Source: Tubiluchus corallicola
Lineage: Eukaryota; Animalia; Priapulida
Reading direction: 5' to 3'
DNA length: 64,000 bases
NCBI GenBank assembly: GCA_030141605.1
Contig: JAQGDQ010000188.1
Span: forward strand, 1-64,000
A program made the position numbers and the translations under genes. Every line of letters starts with the position of its first letter. Positions within the stretch are counted from its first letter, which is position 1. The notes beneath the pieces were generated by a model. It was not told the origin of the DNA, ran no database searches, and was given only the letters and a program-made list of their open reading frames with translations. This document shows, in pieces, positions 1 through 11,300 of the stretch.

Positions 1-2
1 AG

Positions 3-3000
3 GAATGCGCCAACTATAAATGACTTCTGGAGTCGATGGAATATTCCCGTCCATCAGTTTGCTCTACGACACGTGTTTCGGCCGATGTTGAAGCGCGGCT
101 ACAGCAAACGTTGGGCAGCCGTAGCCGTTTTCGTAATGTCGGCATTTTTTCACGAGGTACCAGAGTTTGTAATCTACCATCGGGTCATACCGGAAACTGT
201 GACCGTTGCAGTTTGACCTTTCATGTTTTAACGAGGGTTTTAATTATAAATGTTCTAATTTTCTTATTTTGTTTTAAAGAGAGAGCCATGTTGCATGTTG
301 TTTGTTTATTACTCAGTAAGTAAGTAAGAAGTGGTTTTCATTGTTAGTTTAGTTTAAACATAATTTATTTAGGATTGGATCAGACAGTTTGTAGAACATG
401 ATTTAAGATCTTCACCACAACAGAATTTATACACTATTTACAAGAACATTTACAGTAAGAATAGACTATACTTAGTTTTTAGTATACTTTAGTATACTAA
501 AGTTTTACTACAGTGATACATTAGACATTAGTAGAAAATGACGGTTAGTAAATATTAATGTACGATTATTTAAGAATGATGCATTTTATATCAGATAGAA
601 ACTACTGGAAGCGTTTAGTACATAATATAAAGTCATGTATACATTGGAATATTTTACAGTTAGTAACATAGTTAAATTCATCTTTACCGAATAATAACAA
701 CTTCAACAGATCATTATTTTCATTGTTATCACTTAATATCAGATTGAGAACATTTTTACAAATGCTGTGAAGTTAAGCATAATTAGCATAGTTCATTAAA
801 AATGGGTGACTTGGTTGCTTTGTTAAAGTCATTCAAGCTTTGCATCAAACTTGTGTTCGACTGACATGAGCAATTTTGCAAGACATGCGACTTTCAGATT
901 TTGACCGCTCCTGACAACTAGACCAGTGGCCGCATTTACTGGGTTATAAAAACATTTTCTTTGTTTTCTAAGATTTCTATGACGCTAGTGATAGAAGTAT
1001 TATGACAAATCTCAATATTAGATACTTCAATGTTATCAGTAGAAAGTGTGTACTTAGTTTTTGTCATAGAGTTGCTATGAGTGAGATTTTAAGCATTTAA
1101 GTGAATGTGATGCGTTAGTTACTTCCTCCATGATGCGTTAGTTACTTCCTCCAAGATGCGTTAGTTACTTCCTCCATGATGCGTTAGTTACTTCCTCCAT
1201 GATGCGTTAGTTACTTCCTCCATGATGCGTTAGTTACTTCCTCCATGATGCGTTAGTTACTTCCTCCATGATGCGTTAGTTACTTCCTCCATGATGCGTT
1301 AGTTACTTCCTCCATGATGCGTTAGTTACTTCCTCCATGATGCGTTAGTTACTTCCTCCATGATGCGTTAGTTACTTCCTCCATGATGCGTTAGTTACTT
1401 CATCCAAGATGCGTTAGTTACTTCCTCCAAGATGCGTTAGTTACTTCCTCCATGATGCGTTAGTTACTTCCTCCATGATGCGTTAGTTACTTCCTCCATG
1501 ATGCGTTAGTTACTTCCTCCATGATGCGTTAGTTACTTCCTCCATGATGCGTTAGTTACTTCCTCCATGATGCGTTAGTTACTTCCTCCATGATGCGTTA
1601 GTTACTTCCTCCATGATGCGTTAGTTACTTCCTCCAAGATGCGTTAGTTACTTCCTCCATGATGCGTTAGTTACTTCCTCCAAGATGCGTTAGTTACTTC
1701 CTCCATGATGCGTTAGTTACTTCCTCCATGATGCGTTAGTTACTTCCTCCATGATGCGTTAGTTACTTCCTCCATGATGCGTTAGTTACTTCCTCCATTA
1801 GAAAGAAATGGAGGATAGAACTTCTTTATTGTTTTCTGTAGATGCTTTGCCAATGTGATTTTTTATAGTTTATTCATTCATTTACTTTGTGTGTCACTAA
1901 TTAAGTTATTGTAATTGCATATATTTATACCTGTTGTATGTAACTTCTGTCCTGAATGTATTTTTGTATATATGAACCTAGAGTTTGCAATGAAGACTTA
2001 AATTAATTTAAACTTTCATTTATTTCAGTTTCTTGTTTCTGTGCCTTTAAACATGTTCCGAATTTGGGCGTTTTTGGCCATGATATTACAGGTAATTTTT
2101 GCTTCTCATTTATATATCATGTGATAGTTTAAAATGTGATTTAGATCTTTTTAGATTTAATATTTTATTTCAAACTTCACAAAGTTCATATAAACATCAC
2201 AAATTAATACAAACAATACAATAAATCAAGACACACAACAATAACACAAATAACAATTAACAATATAACAAACTTCGCCAATGACGTCTAATTACAGAAG
2301 AAAAGTTTACATCACTGTTTAAAATGTTCTTGTATATAAAATTTTCACTGTTATTCAGCCTCATGTATAAACTGTATGCAGATTTTCTGTGCATCACATC
2401 AAAATAAATAAGATTAAGTCTAGTAGAAATATATCTAGCGCTCGTATCATATGAAAAGTTAAACAGCTTCCGTGTTGATACATTCTATACAACCTTGAGT
2501 TTGCTAAGATTGTAAGAATAAAAATGTCTCCAAGTGGACATACAATAAAAAGTAGTGCAGTAAGCATTAAACAATTGTCTCTTCACGTTAACTGAACTGT
2601 GAGTAAATTTCATGAGTAATTTATTTGCTCTACCATAGTAAATTGAACATTGTGAAACTAATTGTCACATTATTGCTGCTCAACAAAAATGTTTAGGCGT
2701 GGTTATCATCGTTTAAATGTTGATTTAAGTGTCCACATGTTCTAGATATAAGACAATCATATGCAGGTTAAACTGATGTAGTTAAATGTTAAGACAGTTT
2801 TGCAATAATTTGGCTGGTTTAAAATAGCAAATTAATGTTGGGTGTTTGCTAAATTTGTTAGCTGGTCATTGGTGCGTTTTTGATGCCGATATGACTCAAA
2901 GTTGATCTATGTAAGAAAAGTGTCGCATTTCTTTTAGTTTTATTCTGTAAAATCAAAATTTACTCATCTTTACGGTGAGAAAACAAAGACTTACCGTGAG

Positions 3001-3812
3001 TCCGTAAGAATTGAATTAAACCCGTGAGACTCGCAGTAAAACTGTAAGAGTTGAAAGGTCCAGACTGTAAAAATTATTAAAGGGAAACTGAACGATTGTG
3101 TAAACATTAGTTTAAAATGAAGTATGCTCTAAAATATTTAAAACTGCAACAGCTTGTTTTAAATCAAAGTTTAGATTAAATAATAATTACCTTCAATAAG
3201 TAAATTTTGTTAAACTTTCAAAGCTGTGCGTAGCTTAGCAAATCCAATAAGACTGGCAATGGCGCCTTTTTGTCACATTCACCTGGCCGACAAATAGGTG
3301 AGGTACCATGATAAGCTTGACCATGAACTGCAGTGTTCGTCTGTGACATCAGTGTGATGTAAAGCTCATTTTCTTCGCATCACATCAGTGTCTTATAGCA
3401 ATCTTCGCTTACACAAATGTGCTTGACTTTCAGGAAAGATGTCTACTATTGCACAAACTGTGGTTAGTTTGTGATGTAGGTGATAGCTGTGTTTGATTGC
3501 CATTATTTAACTTTCTAAGGTAATTATTCGAATATTAGTAACAATTGCCAACTTTTATAGGCAAAAACATGTATATTCTGGAGAGTAAATTAAAATGAGA
3601 TTGAGTCTAAATAATCATCCGGTTTTCTTTTAAATAAGTTCTATGATTCTTTGTTTTAGATTCCATTTTCGCTGATTGTTTCAAAAATCAGCAAAATCGA
3701 CTGGAAATATGGCAATGCCGCCGTGTGGCTGTCTCTCATCATTGGTCAACCCATTGCTATTCTAATGTATGTACACGATTATTATGTGAACACAATGGGA
3801 AATGTGATTTAA
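3..3812 (+). CDS. DGAT1: Diacylglycerol O-acyltransferase 1, last three coding exons (5' part outside window)
   Basis: Exons 3..156 ([51 protein letters not shown]), 2029..2091 ([21 protein letters not shown]) and 3660..3812 (IPFSLIV...[34 protein letters not shown]). All have AG/GT boundaries and compatible phases. The WNIPVH, FFHE (catalytic His) and [16 protein letters not shown] motifs are those of DGAT1. Confidence 0.95.
960..2005 (+). mobile_element. Decayed RTE-X non-LTR retrotransposon 3' fragment in a DGAT1 intron
   Basis: Translates to [38 protein letters not shown], then after a frameshift ECDALVTSS-[array][11 protein letters not shown]. This aligns by eye with the C-terminus of the RT ORF at 44552..45589 (YDYSSRTISVDHDVLYFDVIRRKTAYSLYIRVMQSS...EAFYTSDIRDQWRKVL). 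Confidence 0.7.
1108..1797. repeat. 23-bp minisatellite, 30 copies (TGATGCGTTAGTTACTTCCTCCA)
   Basis: Near-perfect head-to-tail units; 690 bp = 30 x 23; occasional T>A variant. Confidence 0.97.
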
Positions 3813-4790
3813 GTCGGTTAAACATTGTTTTAAATAGGAGATTTTTTTCCTAAAATTACGCAACAATTGTTTATAAATGTTTTACGGTTATTTACGTGAC
3901 GTTACGAACGTTTTAGAAAGAGAATGGAAATGATTGTTTTATCTACCTCACTCGGGATTTAGGTAGAGCTTGTTAAAATTTTTATGAAGATTACCGCTAT
4001 TGCTTGAAATGTAAATCAAAATTGTAAGTTTATGTAGGCCTTACTGTCGACCGCAAACTGTACTTTTTCACTATTTGTTTCATTTTTAATCATCGGGTAC
4101 TAGTTTGCTTTCGTACTTTTTGTGTATTTAATAGTAAACAGAAGTTTTGAAGTCAATTTTGTTGAAGTTTGTTACGTTTAGACTGAAGAAATTGTTCAGT
4201 GCGCTGAGAACGCCTTGTTTTTGTGCTGCTTTCATGCTTCAGTGGCCTAACAATATAGCTGTCTGTACACGTTAAGTTGTTTTTACAATGTTGATTAGAA
4301 CAGTGTTGCTTCTGGCAGCTGCTTTAGTAAATGTGCTACATTTGTACTTAACCGCTACAGCACATGTTAAACTGTTTGTGTAGAGTCGATTAAGACTGAC
4401 TGCTTTGAGATTCACAACTCAGTTTTTTCACAAGATTGCCAGCCTGTGAATGGGCTTTTAGTCTTTTACAGAATAAATATGTATGTATTAATTATACAGT
4501 GCGGGCAAGTATCTGGTTTTATGCTGTTTCGTCAAAGTTCTTTAGAGATTAGTCGAACTTTTGTTTGTTCCCACGTTTCATTCTAAAATCATAACATGTA
4601 ATCAACACGCTTTAATGGCAGACACATATAGTTTTGCCAAGTTGTCAGTTCATCTCTAGTGTTTGCTGATACAGAACAGTTTAAAAGTGCCATTTGCATA
4701 ATTCTGGTCTCTGTATTACTTATCTAACTTTTCAAATTTAAAATAGTTTTTTTTTGTAATGGAAGGTTTTGTTTTGTGACTCTCTGTAAA

Positions 4791-5230
4791 TGCTTAATTG
4801 ACAATGATTGTCCAACTCTCATAGCTTCTGAGTGCTTGATTGACGATGATTGTCTAACTGTCATAGCTTTTGAGTACTTGATTGACGATGATTGTCCAAC
4901 TCTCATAGCTTTTGAGTACTTGATTGACAATGATTGTCCAACTCTCATAACTTTTGAGTACTTGATTGACAATGATTGTCTAACTCTCATAGCTTTTGAG
5001 TACTTGATTGACAATGATTGTCCAACTCTCATAGCTTTTGAGTGCTTGATTGACGATGATTGTCTAACTCTCATAGCTTTAGAATGCTTGATTAACAATG
5101 ATTGTCTAACTCTCATAACATTTGAGTACTTAATTGACAATGATTGTCCAACTCTCATAGTTTTTGAGTACTTGATTGACAATGATTGTCCAGCTCTCAT
5201 AGCTTTTGAGTGCTTGATTGTCCAACTCTT
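4791..5230. repeat. 42-bp minisatellite, ~10 copies (CTTGATTGACAATGATTGTCCAACTCTCATAGCTTTTGAGTA)
   Basis: Tandem units are visible directly and explain the 14-aa periodic ORFs on both strands. Confidence 0.95.
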
Positions 5231-5827
5231 ATCTACAGTTGATAACTGTCGTGTCAAAAAATTCTCACATTCTCATTGCGTTATAGTTTAATATATGACC
5301 AATGAACTTTTTGTGAGTTAAAACAGCTTATATTGTCACATTTTTAATCCATTGTAACTGGTTCTATATGCGGTGCAAACCGCAGCAGTACTTTATTGTC
5401 TAAACTCTAGTTTAGACTTTAGAACTTTAGAAGTTATACTTTAGAATACAGCAGTACTTTGTGGTTTAGATAACTGTGCAAACTAGAGAGATAGATTGTT
5501 GGCATTTAAATGTGTGTAGGGAATTTCCACTACCATTCATATAGGTTTGTATATTAGGTATCTGTGACACCAACCATAAATTTATGTTGATAGCACTAAA
5601 GTTATCTTTCAAGAGTGTTTTTATCTGTAATTTACATGTTTGTATGTTTTTCTTGATCATGGCAATAAATTTGATTTATATAAAACAGCATATATGTCAT
5701 GTCTGCATTATTAGTCATGCACGTTTGTTTTTGGAAATGACCAGGTAACGTTGTTGTAGTGGTGCTGATGTTTCACGTTTTTGTCTTGTTGTGATTCAAA
5801 TGAGAGTGCAAGCTTTCAGATGTCATG

Positions 5828-7331
5828 TAATTAATCAGTTAAAGGTGTGTGGTGTACACTGTAATTAATCAGTTAAAGGTGTGTGGTGTGCACTCTAATT
5901 AATCAGTTAAAGTTATGTGTGTGATGTACACTCTAATTAATCAGTTAAAGGTGTGTGGTGTGCACTCTAATTAATCAGTTAAAGTTATGTGTGTGGTGTG
6001 CACTCTAATTAATCAGTTAAAGTTATGTGTGTGGTGTGCACTCTGATTAATCAGTTAAAGTTATGTGTGTGGTGTGCACTCTGATTAACCAGTTAAAGGT
6101 GTGTGTGTGGTGTGCACTCTGATTAACCAGTTAAAGGTGTGTGTGTGGTGTGCACTTTGATTAACCAGTTAAAGGTGTGTGTGTGGTGTGCACTTTGATT
6201 AACCAGTTAAAGGTATGTGTGTGGTGTGCACTCTGATTAACCAGTTAAAGGTGTGTGTGTGGTGTGCACTCTGATTAACCAGTTAAAGGTGTGTGGTGTG
6301 GTGTGCACTCTGATTAACCAGTTAAAGGTGTGTGTGTGTGGTGTGCACTCTGATTAACCAGTTAAAGGTGTGTGTGGTGTGCACTTTGATTAACCAGTTA
6401 AAGGTATGTGTGTGGTAACCAGTTAAAGGTATGTGTGTGGTGTGTACTCTGATTAACCAGCTAAAGGTGTGTGTGTGTGGTGTGTACTCTGATTAATCAG
6501 TTAAAGGTATGTGTGTGTGGTGTGCACTCTAATTAATCAGTTAAAGGTGTGTGTGGTGTGCACTCTGATTAATCAGTTAAAGGTGTGTGTGGTGTGCACT
6601 CTGATTAATCAGTTAAAGGTATGTATGTGGTGTGCACTTTGATTAACCAGTTAAAGATATGTGTGTGGTGTGCACTCTGATTAACCAGTTAAAGGTGTGT
6701 GTGTGGTATGCACTCTGATTAACCAGTTAAAAGTGTGTGTGTGGTGTGCACTTTGATTAACCAGTTAAAGGTATGTGTGTGGTGTGCACTCTGATTAACC
6801 AGTTAAAGGTATGTGTGGTGTGCACTCTGATTAACCAGTTAAAGGTATGTGTGTGGTGTGCACTCTGATTAATCAGTAAAGGTGTGTGTGTGGTGTGCAC
6901 TCTGATTAACCAGTTAAAGGTATGTGTGTGGTGTGTACTCTGATTAACCAGTTAAAGGTGTGTGTGTGTGGTGTGTACTCTGATTAATCAGTTAAAGGTG
7001 TGTGTGTGGTGTGCACTCTGATTAATCAGTTAAAGGTATGTATGTGGTGTGCACTTTGATTAACCAGTTAAAGATATGTGTGTGGTGTGCACTCTGATTA
7101 ACCAGTTAAAGGTATGTGTGTGTGGTGTGCACTCTGATTAACCAGTTAAAGGTGTGTGTGTGGTGTGCACTTTGATTAACCAGTTAAAGGTGTGTGTGTG
7201 GTGTGCACTTTGATTAACCAGTTAAAGGTATGTGTGTGGTGTGCACTTTGATTAACCAGTTAAAGGTGTGTGTGTGATGTGCACTCTAATTAATCAGTTA
7301 AAGGTGTGTGTGTGATGTGCACTCTGATTAA
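5828..7331. repeat. ~36-40-bp minisatellite, ~40 copies, with variable internal (TG)n (ATTAACCAGTTAAAGG(TG)nGTGTGCACTCTG)
   Basis: Tandem units are visible directly between the convergent DGAT1 and KCTD 3' ends. Confidence 0.95.
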
Positions 7332-7587
7332 ATGTTTCAATCACTGAATGACATGACACATAAATAGAAAACACGAAATGACAAAATTTAAATTTAATAA
7401 ACGACTCACTACTATACGACGTAGATACAAGCACTAATCATAATTTACAAAATAAATTAACATCATTAGCTATTTATAAATTTAATCGATGATAGTATTT
7501 CGCCTGTTCAATAGTTTTTTAGCTGTTAATATTTTGTTTGTTCTAGCTGTTAACAACTAGAGGTAACAAAACTGAATGCTTGACAAG

Positions 7588-8072
7588 TAGGGGTGCACGG
7601 AATGCACATTTTCATCAACCGAACTGTAACTGAATACTTTATTCTTGAGCGCCACCGAACCGAAGTATAACCGAACTGTAAATGAATACTTTATTCTTGG
7701 GCACCACCGAACCGAACTGTAACTGAATACTTTATTCTTGGGCGCCACCGAACCGAACTGTAACTGAATACTTTATTCTTGGGCGCCACCGAACCGAACT
7801 GTAACTGAATACTTTATTCTTGGGCGCCACCGAACCGAAGCATAACCGAATGATCACGTGTGCTGCTAGACCCAATTCCAAATAAAATACCAAGTTAAAT
7901 CAGAATACAGGACCGGAAACAATCCGATTTTTTTTACCAAAACTAAACCAAACTTTTTTGTACCGAAGGTTCACCAAACTTTTAGAGATTACAAACGAAC
8001 TTCACCAGACCGGATTTCTATACTGATATTCAGGAAAAGAATTCGGTGATCCGAATATTCAGTGCATCTCTA
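7588..8072. mobile_element. Putative non-autonomous hAT-like element with internal 41-bp tandem repeats (7617..7850)
   Basis: Imperfect TIRs TAGGGGTGCACGGAAT / TAGAGATGCACTGAAT (reverse complement of the right end). Many subterminal CCGAA motifs. No clear TSD. Confidence 0.55.
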
Positions 8073-8397
8073 ATGTGAAGTTTAAGCTCTTGAAATATTA
8101 CACTAGTATTCGTCATTTTATTCTTCAGTCTAATGCACTGGTTCCTCACTCATTCATGACATCATCTGCTACCAATTTTGTACATGTGAACACAGAAAGC
8201 TAAATGAAAATTCAAAAATGATTTCACGTTCACTAGAGAATGAAACTTTAACTCGAGACTTTCAACTACAATGCCATTAACACATCCTGTACACTAAAGC
8301 TGTCACCATTTCAACTTTTGATGCTTACAGCCTCACATTTCATAAGTATTTTGTACAAACACTTGACTATAATTTTATCTCTGATGAGTCAAAATTT

Positions 8398-11300
8398 TCA
8401 AGACGGTACCAGCTGCTTACACAAAATGTATTCACAGAACTGCTGGCCTTCCACTCCGCCACCTGTTGATGCTACTATTTTAAATCCACCACTAAACAAT
8501 CTTTGGAAAACCTGCAAAACACCAGAAACTTTATTCAAATGTCAATAAACAAAGTGTTAGTATCTATGTACTGCCATTACTCCAGACTAATTCAGTTCTA
8601 ATTGTTTCCATGGCTACTAAGACAGTGCAATAAGCAGTGGCAGCTCGTGGCTAAAATTAGTGGGGTGCTGCTTCAGAAAATTTTAGCTGTTGTTTTAATA
8701 CTGTGTAAAATGAAACAAACATATGCAGTTTTAATGCTGTAATTGTAATTTTAAACAAAGAAACATACAAAAATTTATACATAAACTTGGTAAAATCCTA
8801 AATATATAATATTTTTTGTTTACGAATAGCCCAAGTTGTCGCAGCCTAAATGGTACACAGTTTTTAAACTCGTGACAACTGACGACACAGACTGTGTGAG
8901 TGACAGTGCTTTCTCTACCTGGAGTGCAGCATCTTATTTCAGACATGGCCGCATGCGCACAACAGCCAAACACCATGTTGTTGGACCTGTGAAGTGCACA
9001 GTTCTGTCATGTGCTGTATTGGTTGACATCCTTCTGTCTCGGAAGACAATGGAGTGTGCGTCAAGAGAGTCAGTTATTGATCACATTGATGGAGCTGCAG
9101 CGTCGACTGTGGCTGAGCAGTGCGATCCTTGAACGTCTCCAGGGCGCACGCCTGGGCAAGGTGTATGGAGATCCTGAGTTGCCCAGACAACAGGAACCCC
9201 CTCTCTTCCTCCCTGGTGTAATCCAAAGGAAAGTGGAGCAATACGTTTGGCACCAGGTTGCCTGCAGGAGCTGCCGGATTCAGTGAGCATGCTGCACTGG
9301 TCCACCTTCGGGGCTCCACTCCTGATTTGGAAGGTGTACTCCTCTACACATGACCGTTGGGTCACTTGACCTCCTCCGCCCTCTAGCCGTTGGCTGCTTG
9401 TGCAGCTCCTCCGCCTAGTGTCGAGATACAGTGTGGGCATCCCGCAAGCCCACAGCACCTGGTATTCCTAGGCGGTCACCCATCCAAGTACTAACCAGGC
9501 TCTACGTTGCTTAACTTTGGTGATCAGACAAGAACTGGTGTTTTCAACGTGATTTGACCGTAGTCATGTGAGCTGTATAGCACATGTATAAAGCAACAAA
9601 GAAAAAACTCATTATATTGAATATTATCGATGATATTGAGTGAAAATGAGGGGTGGTGCTGTTCCACATTGCCTATACACCAACCGCCACTGACAATAAG
9701 TATTGTGTAACAATGAAGTTATGCATAAGACATTTAAATTGTCGTTAACAAAATACTATTGCAAGGTATGTATGAACAAGATTTTCACTCACCTGTATAG
9801 AATTCAGTTTACAATAACCGTTGATAGGAAAACGAATGACGTAGTACGGATCTTGATTCCAGCCGGTGTTTCGGCCATCCATCAGCGACTGTCCAGTCTC
9901 CGGGAATAACTCCTCGATCGTGTTCCGGTCCCCACTGAGTGTGATTCTCTCTCCGAGATCGGGCGACACGTGCATTGATATGCACTCGTAATCAGCCTTT
10001 TCACTGTGTGTGATAGTCTAGAAAATAATCATCAATGAGATCTGTTTCACAAACTTGAAATAGCAAATATGAAATCACCGCTGTTCAAGGAAAATGCGTG
10101 ATTTTTCAGCTCCGATCATAAAGCTCAGCAAAAAATATAGATTTTATCAACTATAATAATGAATTATGAATTTATTCCACAGCAACTCAAACATACATAT
10201 AAATTTATATAACATTGAAAAAAATAAACTATGCGAGTTACTGTGAGGAGGAGGAAGGAGCATTGAGCTTTCGAGTCCTCCTCCAGATAAGTGAAACAAT
10301 TGACAATTAACATTACATTTTCATCAGTCGTAACGTACATTAGAACAAAATAAGTTTTGTTAGTAACTTAAGATCAGAATTAGTAAAATTTTGAGTTAAT
10401 TATACCGTTGTAGTAGGTAATTCGTTGATGCTTTTTTAAATTGATAAAGATTAAGAGTTATCTCATGATTAAGAGATTCATTTCACGCGGAATTGATGAC
10501 CATATTTTAATAGGATTATATTTTGATGACTGTTTCATTATATTTGTTTTTGGAAGAGGGAGTACATAGTTTCCGACTGAACATCTCGTGTAATGATCAT
10601 GTTGATTTGAAACTGGACTAAAGTATGACTGAAAAGCTGGTGGAAGTAGTGAATTATGATACTGATACATGAAATGAAGACAATACATGTCATATATTTC
10701 TTTCACTTTAAGAGTTTTAACAGACAAGTAAATTATATTTGTGGGATGGTCATACCTTACATGATATATCAGTTTGAGAATTTTGTTCTGGGTAATTTGT
10801 AAAGCTATAATGCCAAGGTGTTTCTGATAATTAAATATTCACCTGAAAACTTAATTAACCACAAAGCTTAACCCTTTCACTATGGAAGGCGGCACACTGC
10901 TGCCTATGTTTCTCACGGAAGGGACCGAAGGCAGTCCCCAACCTCAGCACTAAGTGCAGTCACTCAAGTCTGTTTATTTCACTGATATGGCCATGCAAAA
11001 ACATTGCAGAAAAATCTAACGTCCATGGGATTTGGTTTGCTTTACAACACTGAAGCCAGGTGCATTCCACAATACTGTACTGTATGGTATGTTCCCATGC
11101 AAAATAATTTGTGCATTGTTGATGCGACAGGTGTTTAGTTGATAGTTCTGCATTCTTATAAAATGATTGTATATTATGGATTAGTAATGTGTCTTTTGTG
11201 AAAACTGGTTTCTAAATATAAAATACATGCTTATTTATGATTGTATGCACGTGCGTGCGTGTGTGTGTGTGCACGTGTTAGTGCATGTATGTGTGCTCAT

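Larger units (their letters stand above)
8635..9692. mobile_element. Non-autonomous hAT transposon (MITE) in the last KCTD intron
   Basis: TIRs CAGTGGCAGCTCGTG / CAGTGGCGGTTGGTG. 8-bp TSD GCAATAAG (8627..8634) / ACAATAAG (9693..9700). Confidence 0.8.

Noticed and set aside
4804-5192. TGATTGTCCAA matches the 5' end of miR-219
   Set aside because: Only 11 nt match and there is no pre-miRNA hairpin, so it is most likely coincidence.
4724-5291. 177-aa and 171-aa repetitive ORFs as genes
   Set aside because: By-products of a 42-bp minisatellite, with non-ATG starts and no recognisable domain.
9446-9565. Functional 5S rRNA gene
   Set aside because: Solitary and diverged, with no T-run terminator, fused to a retroposon body and flanked by a TSD.
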